Shown: piece by piece, positions 13,575-28,327 of the stretch
How positions within the stretch are numbered: position 1 is the stretch's first letter
Layout: each line of letters opens with the position of its first letter
Assembly: GCA_012295275.1 (NCBI GenBank)
Contig: CM022670.1
Location: forward strand, 2,294,001-2,358,000
Source: Chrysomallon squamiferum
Lineage: Eukaryota > Animalia > Mollusca
DNA: 64,000 nucleotides
Reading direction: 5' to 3'
Made by a program: the position numbers and the translations under genes
Notes under the pieces: model-generated
Told to the model about the DNA's origin: nothing
The model's input: the letters and a program-made list of their open reading frames with translations, nothing else
Databases searched by the model: none

Positions 13575-16500
13575 GTATATATAGATATATATATATATGA
13601 ATAAAAGAAATTTGTATAGGAATATTTTTGCATTAAAAATCAGTATGAACTATTCTGAAAGTAAACCTATTAAAATACAATTATTGTTATCAAGTATAAA
13701 TATTTTTATTACTGTAGAGAATTCTTCATCTTCTTGTTTTTTTCCTTTTTTTTTAATTTTCTTTTTCTTTTTCCCAATTTAAAAAGTTAATGTAAAAGTG
13801 TTTATTATCCTAATCATCTAAAAAGATCACTTTTACAACCAGTGCCAATAAAAACACTAAAATAAGAATGTGTTATTTCTTTTTTTTTTTAGAAAACGTT
13901 CCTCAGGAAAATCAGACTTACAACATGCAAACATTTTGTTTTTAAAAATGCAAATTTAAAAACAAACAATTTAATTAAATTTTATTTTTTGTTCATGTTT
14001 CCATGTGCATGTTTCTGTGTGTTAAAACATCTGTTTGCATAATGATAGTCCATAATGACAACATTTTGTTATTATTAGAAATGTAAACCATCACCTCTGT
14101 ATTGCAGTAGCAAGCTTAGTACCATTTTGCTGGACACCATTGGTCTTTTATCAACTGTCTTTGATTCAGGTGTAATACAACATATACTCAACATGAAATA
14201 TATCCTAAAAGAGTGAACAGATCATCTACTGCCCCCAGATTCAAAATATGCATATGGTAATGGGCTGGCTTAGTATTCACATATCCCACACTCTTGTAAT
14301 TTATTATATTTATTTAATTCAGGCAGAAAAGAACATTTAATGTAAGAAGAGTTCTACAGAGAGGACATAATGACTCCAGATTATAAAAAATGCACATAGT
14401 AATGGGCTGGTTTACTATCACTTCATCTTACATTGTTGGAAAGGGGAATGCTGTTACATGCATACATATATACACACACATACATATACATATTCCAGTT
14501 AATTAATACTGGCCATGAAAACAGCACAAAGAATCTCTAAAATAAAGTTTGTTTTATCTTTATTATTACATAAACCATTACTTCTCACAATTACTGATCA
14601 CATCTGACATGCAACAGCCACATTTCTTTATAGATTCTGTACTCTGGAGAAATCTCTAAAGCCATCTTAGCTATACGACTGAAACTGTGTCTTTCTGTCG
14701 AGGCCAGTCACATATATTTCCTGCAGTCTTGGGCAGAAGCAATTGTATGCTTGAAAAAGCAATGATGAAGGGAATCCCATAGGATATGAAAACAAATCCT
14801 AGCAATCCGACACTGGCAAATAAATTAAATGAAAGACTGTGTAAAATATATTCACCAAGTCTACGACGAAAACTGCCTCTGGGATTGTGGAATGAATAGT
14901 TATAAGATAAGGACTTGCTAGTGCAAGGTCGTCAAGTAAAAATAAAATGTAATTAAAGGAAAGATGGAGACAACACAGGTGTCCCATTATGACAAAGAGC
15001 AAAAGAAAAAGACAACTGTGTGGAGGCTATGATTGATAAATCTTTTTGTCATAATCAGTGAGGAGATGTCTGAGGAGTAATCTACTCTCAATGATGTCTG
15101 TCTCTGTCACACCTACTCAGACACTCAGACACTATCTGTCATGTGCGACTCAGAGGCTCTTCTCATCTTCCTGTCTCAAACACACATATTTCTATAAATC
15201 AGAGAAACCCTCACTACACTGCATCTGAATCACATGTATTTTCCTCCAAAGTAAAAAAAAAAAATAATAAAATCACTCCACAAAAAACAAAATAATTTTT
15301 AAAAAAAACCCAAAAACCCACATAAAATATAAAATTAAATAATTATTTAAAACAAATATATGAATAACAAACATAAAAGCAAAACCAGACTGGATGTGAA
15401 ACTATCTTAACATCATTTTCTTTTTCTTACATTTTTGTAATTTACATAAATCCAAATCCTGAAAATATAATTATAAAGTATTTCATCATTTTTAAAAAAT
15501 TTTTATCTCTTCAAATTCCATTTCTATTATATTTAAACACTGCAGAAAAATCAATTGATATTTATTGTATTAGGATAGAATCTACTACTTTCGTAACACA
15601 AATGAAGATAACCAAATAAACTTTTGTCACTGTATTTTATTTTGTACGATTTTCTCATATTTACAGAAGAAAAGAGACTTTATTATTCACTGTGTTATGG
15701 TCTATGTGAAATAATTCATCTACTACAGTACTGGTTTCACACAGAACTCTGCATAGTTTTGGTGCACCAATTGTAGCTGTGAGTGAACAGGTTGGGGAAG
15801 ACAGGTCAATGGCACCCAATAAACTGATATAAGATAAATGAAGCTGATGACTGATAGTTTGTCCTCGGGTCAGAGCATGCAATATTGTCTGAATTATTCA
15901 GTGCTGGGTCTGTGTGGGCAGTTTAATTCACACAGCAGACTGCTAATGGCTCCCATAAAAAACCAATACCACTGCTCTTCGCTGGGATCGAAGAACTGGC
16001 TCGAAGTTAGAGTAGTTGCAATTTATAAAATTAATATCCAAAAGAATGAAGAAGGAAAACAAAAAAGGTGAATGATTGTGCCAACATAATTTGATTGATA
16101 ACTTCACTGAAAAATTGTCTGCTATGAAAGATTAGTTTTGATCTTATTATCACCAAGATGATTGAGAGAAAAAAAGGCATACTCAGATTCTGAAGTCATT
16201 TCTATTAAACTGCCTCTTGCCCAAAGAAGTGAACTAAATACAGGAATGAAAAGATCATTAATGTAGGAGTTCACTGAATATTTGACTGAGAAGAAATGTT
16301 TTGTAGGTTTCAAAGTAAATTTTTATACTTTTCTTTAAAAAATTGTCATTATTACTTTATTGAAGTTCAAAATTATATGAAGGCAAGACTTTTGGTTGGC
16401 TTTTCCAAACTGACTGAGCACATAACTAAAATTTGTGTTGATTTTATCGCTGTTTTTTTTATTTTGATTTATTTATTTATGTGGTATTTTGGTGTTGTTA

Positions 16501-16888
16501 CATTTTCTGTCACTTTTCCTTTTTACAGAAAAATATTTTCTAAATGAAAACAACAGAAATATAGTTGGTATTTTTGTGTGCAGAATCTCTGACTTGTGAT
16601 TCCTGAAACATTATTACTTTACCACCAAGTTTTACTTCACAAAACTATTACAGAATAATGAACATACAAACAATGCTTGAAACATATTTCTATCTTTCTG
16701 TAATTCATGTAACACAATTATGTTATGCACTGCTTATAAACAAAATAACAATATTATAATCAAAGAGTATTAACTCTAACCAAACTAATGTCATTTTCTA
16801 AGCATTCTGTTCATGCACTGATTGGCCTTTGTTTTGTTTTTTAAATGGAGTTTTGTGCAAACATAGCAAACATGAAAACAAGCAACAA

Positions 16889-17004
<116 letters not shown>

Positions 17005-20000
17005 TGTGTGTTGCTCATGCAGGAACACAACAAGAATGTCAGTTAGCAAGTTTATAAAAACTAATGCATAATTAAATTGATCAGTTCATAACTGTACATA
17101 TAATTCAGTCTTTCTCACAGATAAACTCGCACTGCCATTTACAATTAGGAATGCATAATTCCTGGTCTGAGGAAACCAAAAACATGATTACAATAATCAA
17201 TTTGACAACATCACAAAGCAGACAAGACTTTAGTGAGATCATCCATCAGGAACTGCATATGTAATTAACAGTGATGATTGATTGAACAAACAAAAATCCA
17301 TAAATGTAAGATGCTTTGTAACAATCACATTCACATACTATAGTGATTAATATTATCAATATTCATTTCCTGAAATTTGTCATCCACTTACTGAATAAGT
17401 TCAAGGAAGATGAATGTTTTATCTTTCTTCTGCTGTCCTTAGCACACAGTTATCATGTTTAAAGTCTACGTTCATTCCTATCTAAATTGAAAATGGCTCT
17501 AAGAACTAAGAGTATGTATCAGGAGAAGATCCATAATTTCTGAAAAGGCAAGTTCACCAATACAGCAGTGTTTATAGGTTTTATTGTAATAGAAAAAAAA
17601 CCTAAAACAAACAATAAGCCAAACATTGATTTAGAAAAAAAATACCACAGGTTTAAACAAAACAAAAATCTAAAGAAAAGGCCATGGATCATATGCGTGT
17701 CCCACTCTCGATCAGCATTTGGAAAGACTCACTGTCAATTCTCTGTAGTTTTATTTTATATTTAAAATATAATAAATATAAAAAAATGATTAAATAAAAA
17801 CCTACAACACTGACATTTAGATATGCAAATGATTTCTACTAATTATAAGACTAATGTATTTCACAATATGAACAAATATTCCATACCAAGTCAAGATTTG
17901 ATTTCTTCTCTTTATAATTTTACAAATAATTATATATATATTAAATCTGAGCCAGTTTACATACAAGTGTTCAATTGTTTAAGTATTTCTGACATCTCTG
18001 GAATGCACTGGCAGATTATAATACATATGTCAGTGCCACAAATCCATGATAATGGAATTTGACCTATGTCACAGTAGGTTTTCACATGAATATCAAAATA
18101 TTTGTTATGAACTATAAACCTTTGCAGTGATGCTGGAAATAATTGATATGTGAAATAAAAAAAAAAGGTGTATTAATACAATTATTTGCTCTTATTATCA
18201 TTTTTTTGTTTTTTGTTCATCATGTCTCTATCAAATTTGAAAAAAAGAAAGAAAAAAGTTTCTTCAGTAAACAGGCAGTAAAAAATAAGATGCATGTTTC
18301 ATAAGAAATTCTGATCCATTCAAAAGCCAGAAGTGTTATTGACATTCTTGCTGTAGAACAGTCCAAACACAATCTTATTATTTATTAAATTTTATTTACA
18401 AAAACAAAACATTTCAATGTTTTACCAGGGTTTTCTACATTGCAATATTATTTACATTGGCAGACATATAATTTTATAAGTACTAAATGAATGAAAACAG
18501 AAATACATTAAAGTTAAATGGACGTTGTAAGTAAATACTGCATAAAGGAGAAATTCATGGATGAATATGCAAAATGTGATGAGCTTGAAAGAGCACAATA
18601 TAACACTAAGGCAAATCTGTCGTGCTTTTGACAATCTATATTTTCAGGTTGTTTGTGACAGCTGTGGAGAACAAACTGAGATTCTAGAGCAAATGTATTC
18701 ATTAGTTTTGAATGTTCAGCTTCCTGGTTCAGAAATATATGATTGAAAATGAGACATGAAGAGTGTAGGTAACGTGCTTCATTATGATACTTTCAGATGT
18801 AACAGATGTTGCAGGAAGCTATACAGAAGGAAATTAAACCTGTTTAATGATTCTCTGTCACAGACATTTTTCATTTTTAAATATCTTTTTATTATTATTA
18901 TCATTACTGATTGTTATCTGTGTGATGCTGCCACAAATAGCTATGGTAAAACATGAATTAAGAAACCAGTTACATTTTTTTTAAACATGGTACTGTAGAG
19001 ATCAACAGTATATTGTTTAGTATGTGCTGACTATCATGTCAGATACCAAAATTATGCTGTCTCAAAACAACAATGAATAACAGACATGTTTCTAATTAAT
19101 GAAAAACAATTACAAAAAGTAGTTATTTTTGTAACAGGTTTTTGCTGTTTAGTTTTGAAAAATGTAACTCAGTTATGATACACTGAACTGTAACAATACT
19201 ATGATAACTCATGATCAAACATAATGGTTGGTATTAAACATATTTCCACCCCCTTCCCAAGCTTAATATGTGGCATTTTATACGAGTTCAGTTATGATTT
19301 AAAACTGATTATCTGATATTGGATATCAAACACATTATATCCAAACTGTTCAAATAAAACATGAAAATACAATTAAAGTTGCAGAAATATTTTTTCTCCT
19401 ACTCATCTATAATTATATATATCAGATTAGAAATTGATTTAGAAGGAGGGAAAATAAATGATGATAAAAGAAAAGGAATTTCTCTTATATTTGCAATTAC
19501 AATCACACTGGTTATACCACATTTTATTAAAAACTAAAAATGGCTTTAAAACCAATGCTCTAAGCACATTTTTTTAAACTGAAGAAAAATTGATACTTCT
19601 GTGTGTAAAAAAACAAAATGTGTGCCATTATTTCATGATTCTATTATATTAATTCTGGAGGCTCTATGAGGTAATGTCTTCTGTTTGGTGAAGATAATGC
19701 ATCACTGGTGATGCCAATAATAGATATCTCTGAGCTACATAAATGTAGACACATAAATATTTGAATCCTATTATTATGCAGTTTACCTTGTGATCCATTA
19801 TAGCAACAAATCAGCAGTAAATTCATATTGCATTGTCTAGATTATGGAAAGTTTTCTCAATACTACAGTGAAACTTTGTTATCATTTAAAGGTATTTTTT
19901 AAATAAAGTGTAATAACAGAAATCTTTAAATATAAAATAGTTTTAGGTGACACCAGTCTTTTGTGATAATAAAAGAATATTACAGTAATAAAAAAGTTCT

Positions 20001-21795
20001 TAAGGGAGCATGGTTATTAATGTTTTCATTAGCTTCATTATGATATCTGACAGAGAGAAATAAAAAAGTTATAAAATATTACTGTGTCTAAGGTCAGATT
20101 TGTAATGGTTTACTCAGTCTGTCAAGGTTTTTGGTTATTTCCATTTACTCATGTACAAAATAACCTTGTGAAAAAATACCAGATTTCTTGCATCCTTTCA
20201 AATATGTTACTTTATTGTCAAAGTTTGCTATAAAAATACAGTGATTTCAATACTTATCATTATATATTAACAACTACAGGATTTATTTTAACTATTATTA
20301 TTTTTATTTTTTTTTTAAATATTAAAGGAAACATATTTTCCCCTGCAAATCAAAATGAAATAATTCTGTTTTTTCCAAAAATAAATACCTTTTTTTATTA
20401 TTCCTTTTCTTTTATTAGATGACCTACTTGTCAGATGAACCAATGAAGAAAAAGGAAGTACTTTTGAAAATCATTAATAAAAACATAAAAAAGATCAATA
20501 CTTTTCAGAATAATACTACAAAACATACAAGGAAACTAAATCACACAACAACCCTACTGACAGCAGCAATACATTTATATATCCTGTCTAGAAACTAACT
20601 CATGTAAGAACAGAAATGACATTAATAAATTTGTATGTCCTTTCTTGAAAAAAAACCAAAAGGCTTATACATTATAGGATATCATCTGTATTCAAAGGAA
20701 AAATTAAAATATAAAGATCACTAGTTATTTATTTATATAGGTATGTAAAGAACTATTCATTATATCATTGTCAGTCACCATGGTAACTGTGATTACAAAT
20801 ACTGATTGAATTTCAGTCAAAATCTTGTATAATAATTCCCCCACTTAAAAAAATAATAATAATGCATGCTTAGAAATGAAGTAATTCAAAACAAAACAAA
20901 AATTCTATATTGGTTAGAAACAATTTTATTTTGGGTTGGTTAACGAAACTCAAATTAAAATTTGTATCCAAGGAAATAGAAGCAATATATCTGTAATAAA
21001 CTATTGTTAGTACATTATATACATAGAAAACATGTCTACACACATACACTAAGTATGTCAAGATGAAAAAGTATATGTAAACATAATGTGCATTAGAATT
21101 AAAAAATATAATTACAAGTATACAGAATTAACATGACACTGAAGTCTCTCTCTCTCTCCATCTCTCTGTCAATATATATATAGATATTATATATATGTGC
21201 ATAATGAAGCTCAATCAAAGTTTTTATGTAATATGTATGGTAGTCAGCATAAAGGAAAAATATTTTACATTCTCTAAAATAGAAAGTCAATTAAAAATAA
21301 AAGCTTTAAATGCAAAAAAACTTAACAATAACAGCAAAAACAATAGCAACAAAAATGTAACAGAATCCAGACAAATGGAAATAATATATCAAACAGACTG
21401 AGTAATAAAATTATTTTTAAAAAATGCTGTTAATTAACTTTTTATATATGTTTTGCTTATGTTCTTTGAAAAGGTACTAAATTTTGATGCATTTCTGAAA
21501 GATGGTTTTTAGACAGATATTTATTATCACTATTATGAACTTATCTAATTTCATGTATCTTTTCTAATTTTATCATATTACATAAAGATGAGTTTTTAGA
21601 CTAAGAGTTTTTGTTTTTGTTATTATAAGATCAAATATTAACCGAAAAACATTTAAAAAAAAATATTGAAGCATATTATTTCAATGTTATTTTATTTGTC
21701 ATATAATATGAAACTTACATTAAACTGCCTTTGTTGTATGTTATTATATTATTTTCCATCTGTCTTGTGACATAAAACTAAAATCAAAGACTTAC

Positions 21796-24700
21796 TTGTC
21801 TTCTCCCAGAACAACTCCAAACCCAACGTGTTCAATCCTGTGAGTCTGTGCTTTACACCAGCCAACAAGCTTAGCCACAGAAAATACACTGTTCAGATGT
21901 AAAGCCTAAATAAAAAAAATTTAAAAAACATCTTAAAACAGAAAAGAATAAATATTTAAATAAATAAATAAAATAATGAATCTTTAAATTAAGAAAAAGA
22001 AAGAAAGTATAGTAACAATAAAACTTATAAATCATTTTTTTAATTTAAATTTCTTGTCTGTTTGCTATTTCTGCTTATAAATTATGTATAATTTTAAATA
22101 TTAGTTTGTAATAAGTATATTATCTCAAAATACTCCAAACAATTTGGTGACAGATGGAGTTTCACCACCAAAAATAAGAGTAAGATCAGTTACAAGACCA
22201 AACATTTAAAAATAACATGGATGGTTGCTAATAATGGATTAAAACAATGTGGTCTGTAGCCAAACTGCTAAAATGTTTGGAGATTACAGAAACTAAAACA
22301 TTTCACTGCTTAGAACATGGAAATGAAGTTCTACTTCCACTTAAAAAGAAATGAAAATAGATACCTAACATTTAATGCTTCTTTTTAACAACATTTCCCC
22401 ATTATTTCTGCTCTTATATATACAAGCTAAAATTTCAGAATTAGGAAAGTTCACCAGACTCTTTGAATTAATAAAATTTATACTTCTGATAACTAAGGCT
22501 TCATTACCTGTCCTGAATCGACAACATAGATGATCCAGTCTGCCTTTTCGTCAACAAGTCGTTGTCTGATAGCTGCTAAGTCAGAAGTGTCGTATGTAAA
22601 ACCTCCGTCAGACTTGACCACTGTTAGGGGCACTGACTCACCAGGAACAAACAAAACCTTTCGACCCTCCTCTTCTTTTAAGTAGCCTGTGTTAAGATAA
22701 TAACAATGTCCAAGAAAGGATGTCACTACAGTACAAAATACATGCTTAAACACTGCTATCTTTGTGAATGACTGTGTGTACTGCTCTAGTCAGTTGAAGA
22801 TGTTAGAATCTTGAAATTAAAACATAAAAAAAACATATATATATATATATATTATTTGAGTGACTGTTATTAACAGAGGACATATTCAATACAGACCAAT
22901 TAGCTTATAGATCAAGAATATTCAAGACAAATTACTCATTATAAGGAAAAAAAGAAAGAAATAAAATGTAAAAGGCTGAATATACTGTCATATATTGTGA
23001 TGAGTTTAAAAAAGAACTAATAACAATGAATAAAAACAAATTATTCCCTTTATCTATTTTATTTTACATAATAAATAATTAATATAAATAATAACATTAT
23101 GAACTAGATATAACATTTTTTTTTTAAAAAGAACATTATTATTTATTTTATGAAAATTTTATTTGATGAATATTTAATATGTATACAATACCATTATCAT
23201 CTAAATATTTCACTGTGTCTTTCATCAGATCCTGGTAGAATGATTCCCCTCGATCAATGACTGTTACATTAAGTCTATCATAAACTTTCTGAAACTCTGA
23301 AAAATAAACATTGTTTTAAATACAATCTTCAAAATATTATTAGTGAAAGAACAACTTTCTTTTTCAAAAATGTATAACTGTGAAGTTACCTTGTCTTGAG
23401 ATATTGTAAATAAGCTGCCAAGCTTTGTAGTGCTCAGGTTCATGTGCCTGAAGTTTCACAACACACTCATAGGCTCTCTTTTTGAATTCTTCATCTTCGT
23501 CAAATCTCGTTTTGGCTTGCTGCAGAATGAAAAGATTTCTTTAAAATTATTTTAAAATAAATAAATAAATTAAAAAATTGTCTACTTTTATGTTTTAGTT
23601 CGAAATGACTTTATATATTAATTTTGAGAACTTGATAACAGATTATTTCTATTTAAAAGCAAATAATTTGGTAATTATTATAATACCCTTAATCCCTAAA
23701 TATTATAACAATAAATTTACTAACAATATTAATAATTATAAGTCATAGAAGCTGCAGAAATCAATAATAATAAATAAAAAAAATCACATTAAAAAATCAT
23801 TTAATTATGTTAACTACATTTTCAAAATGCTTGTATTACTTCTGATATTACTACTTGCAACAATTAATCATACTTTGTAAAATGACTGAAGATCTGCGAT
23901 TGGTGGTGGCACAGACAAAAAGTTGGGATAGCGGTCTGTGAGGTGAGCTATCAACATGCCAAACTGAGTGCCCCAGTCTCCTAGATGATTAATCCGCAAC
24001 ACATCATGACCCACCCACTCCAGCAAGCGACAGATAGACTCTCCAATGATGGTTGACCTTCACATTAAAAGATAAAGATTTTAATTATTTAAATATATTT
24101 ATATATAAGTATGTTTCTACTAATTTGTGTATCTATAATTGAAACACAGACTTAAAATACAGTTTTATATGAAACATATTTGGATGGTTAAACGGTTATA
24201 AACTTTATCCAGTCATATAAAATATGTAAAAATTACGCAGATTCAGAACTTCTTTATATATTTTATCAAAATGAGAATCCAAAATACCAAAACAATCCAG
24301 TTTCAATAATATTAAATGTTTAGTATAGATGTCAATGAAAGGATTTTCAGTCATATGCTTCAAGGTGTATATGTCAATGAAAAGATTATCGATAATATGC
24401 ATCAAGTTGTACAGATGTCATTGAAAAGATTATCAAAGATTAAGTACAGGAACTTGTAACTTTACCTAAGATGACCAACATGCATCTCTTTAGCAATATT
24501 AGGTGATGAGAAGTCTACTACAACTCGGCATTTCCGAGAAAGAGGAGGAGGCTGAACACCATTCCTTAGAAGAGCAGATATTGCTTCAGACACATACTGT
24601 TTACTGAGAAAAATGTTGATGAAGCCTGGACCAGCGATCTCCAGCTGTAAGAAAATAAATATTTCATGAATAACTTTTCTCTCATTGCACATTCCTAAAA

Positions 24701-27384
24701 TGTTTGAAATTTCTTGTTAAATTTTGAAATTTAAAATTTGTTCTAATAATTAATCCATAATTTCCCCTGTCTCACTGTCTTTCTCCCTCCCCTCCCCCCA
24801 CTTCATAGATTAAATATTAAACTGTTTAAGTTTTGAAATATATAACTTCTCTGAATATATTTTTTAACTCATGACATCAACAATTGGAGTTCTAATTGTA
24901 AAAACAACTAAATAATAACAATAATAAATAAAATAGCAGTTAAATAAATAAATATATAAATTAGTAATAAAAATAACCTTTTCATGAAATGGTGATGGGT
25001 GCACTTGGTTTACAATTGCTTGTGCAACATCTCTTGGGTTGGTATTTTGTCCACTTGATTTCAGTAACTGAGAAAACAAAACAAATACAAACGTAAATTG
25101 TAGTTAAACAAAATAAAATGAAAAAATACAAAGTAAATGTGTCTGTGTTATCTACTACTAGATGCCAACCTTCAGTGAGATGAAAATAAATATTAAAAAA
25201 TGTTTATTCTCTGATGGCATGACATATAAAAGAAAACGTGAGTAAATTATTCACTAAATTTTAAGTCTATAATGCACTGATTTTACAAAAAAAGTCAAAA
25301 CAAAATGAAATGTATTGACTGATGTACAGTCAGAAGATGTTATTATATCCCTTAGTTAATTATTAGCAAAGATTGTTTTTAAAGTTCAAATTGCTAAAAA
25401 AAAATAATAAAATAAAACTCATATTAAATTAATATATCAAATTTATAAAACATCAGTGATTTCATCACAATGCATTTTAATCCATGTAGCTTCATTTAAC
25501 TGCAATCCAAAACAGATGATTAATGAATTTCATAATTAATTTGTGGAATCTGTTTAAATCTTTCTAACAAATAATAATGACCTTTAAAAAAATTCAGAAT
25601 TTACTAACCTGAGCTATGCCCATGGCACTATTGCACTGGTAGTCAGATTTGTTGCTGGTAGTCAACAAAATAGGAGGATTCTTAAGATTAGGAAAAGCAC
25701 TGCGGATGGCAATACCAAAAATATCTTCCAGTGCACCAGGAATGCTCACCATGTGGTTTGGTTTAGTCGACTGCTCCAAAGCTATATTCTTTTCATAAAA
25801 CAAAAAACATGATGCAGTTATTAGCAAATATATTTATTATTCAGGCTATTATTAAATTAAACTCAACATCTAAAACATAATAATAACAAGAGTAAAACTT
25901 ATAATGATCAGGCTTTTATCCAAAAAATTTGCACAGACAATTTTGACATTCTATTTAAGTCTGAAAATTAATGAGAATGACAGAATCTCTAACTACCAGC
26001 TTAATAAATCACCTTAGTGCATTTATCCAGTACAAATTATAAAATAAATTAGGAATGAAACAATAAAATTGTATGAACATATAACAGTCTAATGGTAATT
26101 ACTCAGCACTTTTTGTGTAACAAAACATAACATTTAGTGAAGTGTACTGCATCATATGAATTTGTTAGAATGTTTAAATGACAATAAATATATAACTCAT
26201 ATAAACCTTTCCTATAATCAGGCTTAACACATCCAGTGAGTAAATATATACATGATATTTATTTCTATGTACTGGTTCAAAAATATTGTGAAGTAATGAC
26301 ATAAATGTCAGAATGTTAGAAATTAATACATTTGTGTGTGTGTGTGTGTGTGTTGTTTTAATTTGAATTCAGAAAACCATCTAAATAAAAATAGTCAAAT
26401 TTCTTTTAATACACTCTATAAGAAATTAATTTTTTTTTATTTTTTATTTTTTTTTATTTACCCTTTTTAGAAGATTGAGCTGATATTTCAGTTTGGTATT
26501 TTCTAATTTCAGTCTTTCTACTTCAGGGGAGGTAACTCCAGATGAAATCAACATTTCAGGGTTCTGTAAAGCTTGGATTTCTTTTCGAAGTATTTTAACT
26601 TCTTCTTCCTAAAATGAAATCAAAATATACTCTAAAATGCTATCAATATTTTTTTTTTTTTTTTTTTTTTTTAAACTGTTTTTATTATATTATCAAATTA
26701 TATTTAAAAATTACAATTAATAATGGTAATGAAAGGTTACATTTATCATTCACAAACTAAGTTTTATTCTGTGTCATAGATAAGTTATACATTGTGTGTA
26801 TGTATGTGTGTGTGTGTCTGTAAAGATGAAAAAACACGTTATGTCAAAACATCATCAAAAAATGATAAAAGTTAAAATATTCAACTAATCATCATCTAAA
26901 TTAATTAAATCATATTTATATATATATAATAATGTCCTTCATTTTTAATTATATTATCATGTTTTATTGTTTTCTTGTTGGTTTTTATTTATTTATGAAT
27001 GTAGTTATATTATATATATATACCCCAAAATGTAAGAAAACATGCTCAACAAGCAAGCTTTTTGAAATATTTAATTAAACGGTTTTCTTTCCAGCTGAAT
27101 TAAAGGCCTTGTTAAGACGTCTACACCGTGAGAATTATAGTTAAAATTATGACTGACTAAAAAAGAAATGAATCTTCATATAACTTATAATATTAATTTA
27201 TTATGTGTCTAACAGTTGAATTTGTAACAGTAGTTTATGAATCTAATATAAAACCTAATAATGATAACAAATTATTTTTATTACGCAATTTAAACGAGGT
27301 AATTGATATAGTCATAAATTTGCTTGTGATAACTAAATTTACCGCTTGTTCAAGATGTTGTGCGTATTTCTGAAGTTCTTCCAT
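21796..27384 (-). CDS. RARS1: Arginyl-tRNA synthetase, cytoplasmic; coding exons 1-10, 3'-partial
   Basis: Exons 27384-27343, 26608-26462, 25788-25609, 25067-24978, 24644-24466, 24057-23874, 23519-23390, 23296-23192, 22686-22508 and 21905-21796 are all GT-AG and phase-consistent. Motifs: [43 protein letters not shown] (HIGH signature), [44 protein letters not shown]. The metazoan N-terminal coiled-coil extension is present. Confidence 0.97.
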
Positions 27385-27693
27385 ATTTTCGTCTGGAAAT
27401 GAAAGCTCTGATGAAAGAACACAGCAAACGTGTTTAAAAGAATAAACCAAACCATAAAGACAAAATGTGACAATAAAAATGAATAATTAATATTAACCAA
27501 TCGTTATAGACAATGATTACATATTAATTCAGAAATAATAGTAATTAAATTATAATTTAATAAAATTTTACAAAATAATCGGATTAAAATAAATAAAACC
27601 GGAAATTGTCAATTAGTTTGTTCTGCAAAGGATAATAAATATGGCGGCTTCCTGACGAATTTGGACCTTTTAGCTATCATTATTTTAGACTAA
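27385..27693. promoter_or_regulatory. Bidirectional promoter region RARS1/AKAP17A, including the probable non-coding first exon of AKAP17A (about 27640-27693)
   Basis: Head-to-head genes. ETS-type ACCGGAAAT at 27598-27606. YY1-type ATGGCGGC at 27641-27648 followed by CTTCCTG. Donor AA|GTAAGT at 27693/27694 matches the acceptor ttttgcag at 28305. CpG is locally retained. Confidence 0.65.
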
Positions 27694-28036
27694 GTAAGTT
27701 TAAGCAAAATGAATAGCCATGTGTGCCAGCTTCATTTTTCTTTTTAGGAATAAATGAAAATAATTATGTTTGCTGTAAATTGAAATGCATTTAGAGAGTT
27801 TGTAATTTAAGTCTCTAAAAGATTGTGTAAGTCGATTCTCAGAATCGTCGCTGCCGCGTTGTGACACTGTTCGGTGTGACTTTGTTAGAATTAAGTTCGT
27901 ACTAGAATTAATCTATCCATCACAAGATTGCCTGAAATAGTTGTAATATAAGTAACATGACAATTTATAATATATTTTACAAACAGTATAAAAATACAGT
28001 AATAAACGAGGATTATGTTAGTCAAACGTGAATCAA

Positions 28037-28068
<32 letters not shown>

Positions 28069-28327
28069 AAAAAATATATTGTTAGTAACTAGTGTTGTTA
28101 AGTTGCAGATCACAATTGTAAGGGTCCCTTTTGAATTTTTTCATGTTACATTAAAATATAGTTTTAATACCAGAAAATAAGCAAGTTATGTAATCACAAT
28201 CATCACGTTAATATTTTTAGAAAATTTAGGTGTTCAGAAACAAAATAAAACAATCAATCAAACTTAATACATATAGACTGGTTTATTCATAATTGTGTTT
28301 TGCAGGTTTGTTTTAATTTTGGAAATC

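Noticed and set aside
24320-24440. Three ~43-bp repeats in RARS1 intron 5, plus small duplications at about 14235-14440, 46710-46790 and 47221-47258
   Set aside because: Ordinary local slippage or duplication with no functional signature.
28295-28327. ORF-track GTG start for AKAP17A
   Set aside because: It spans the splice acceptor at 28305. The homology-consistent start is ATG 28328.
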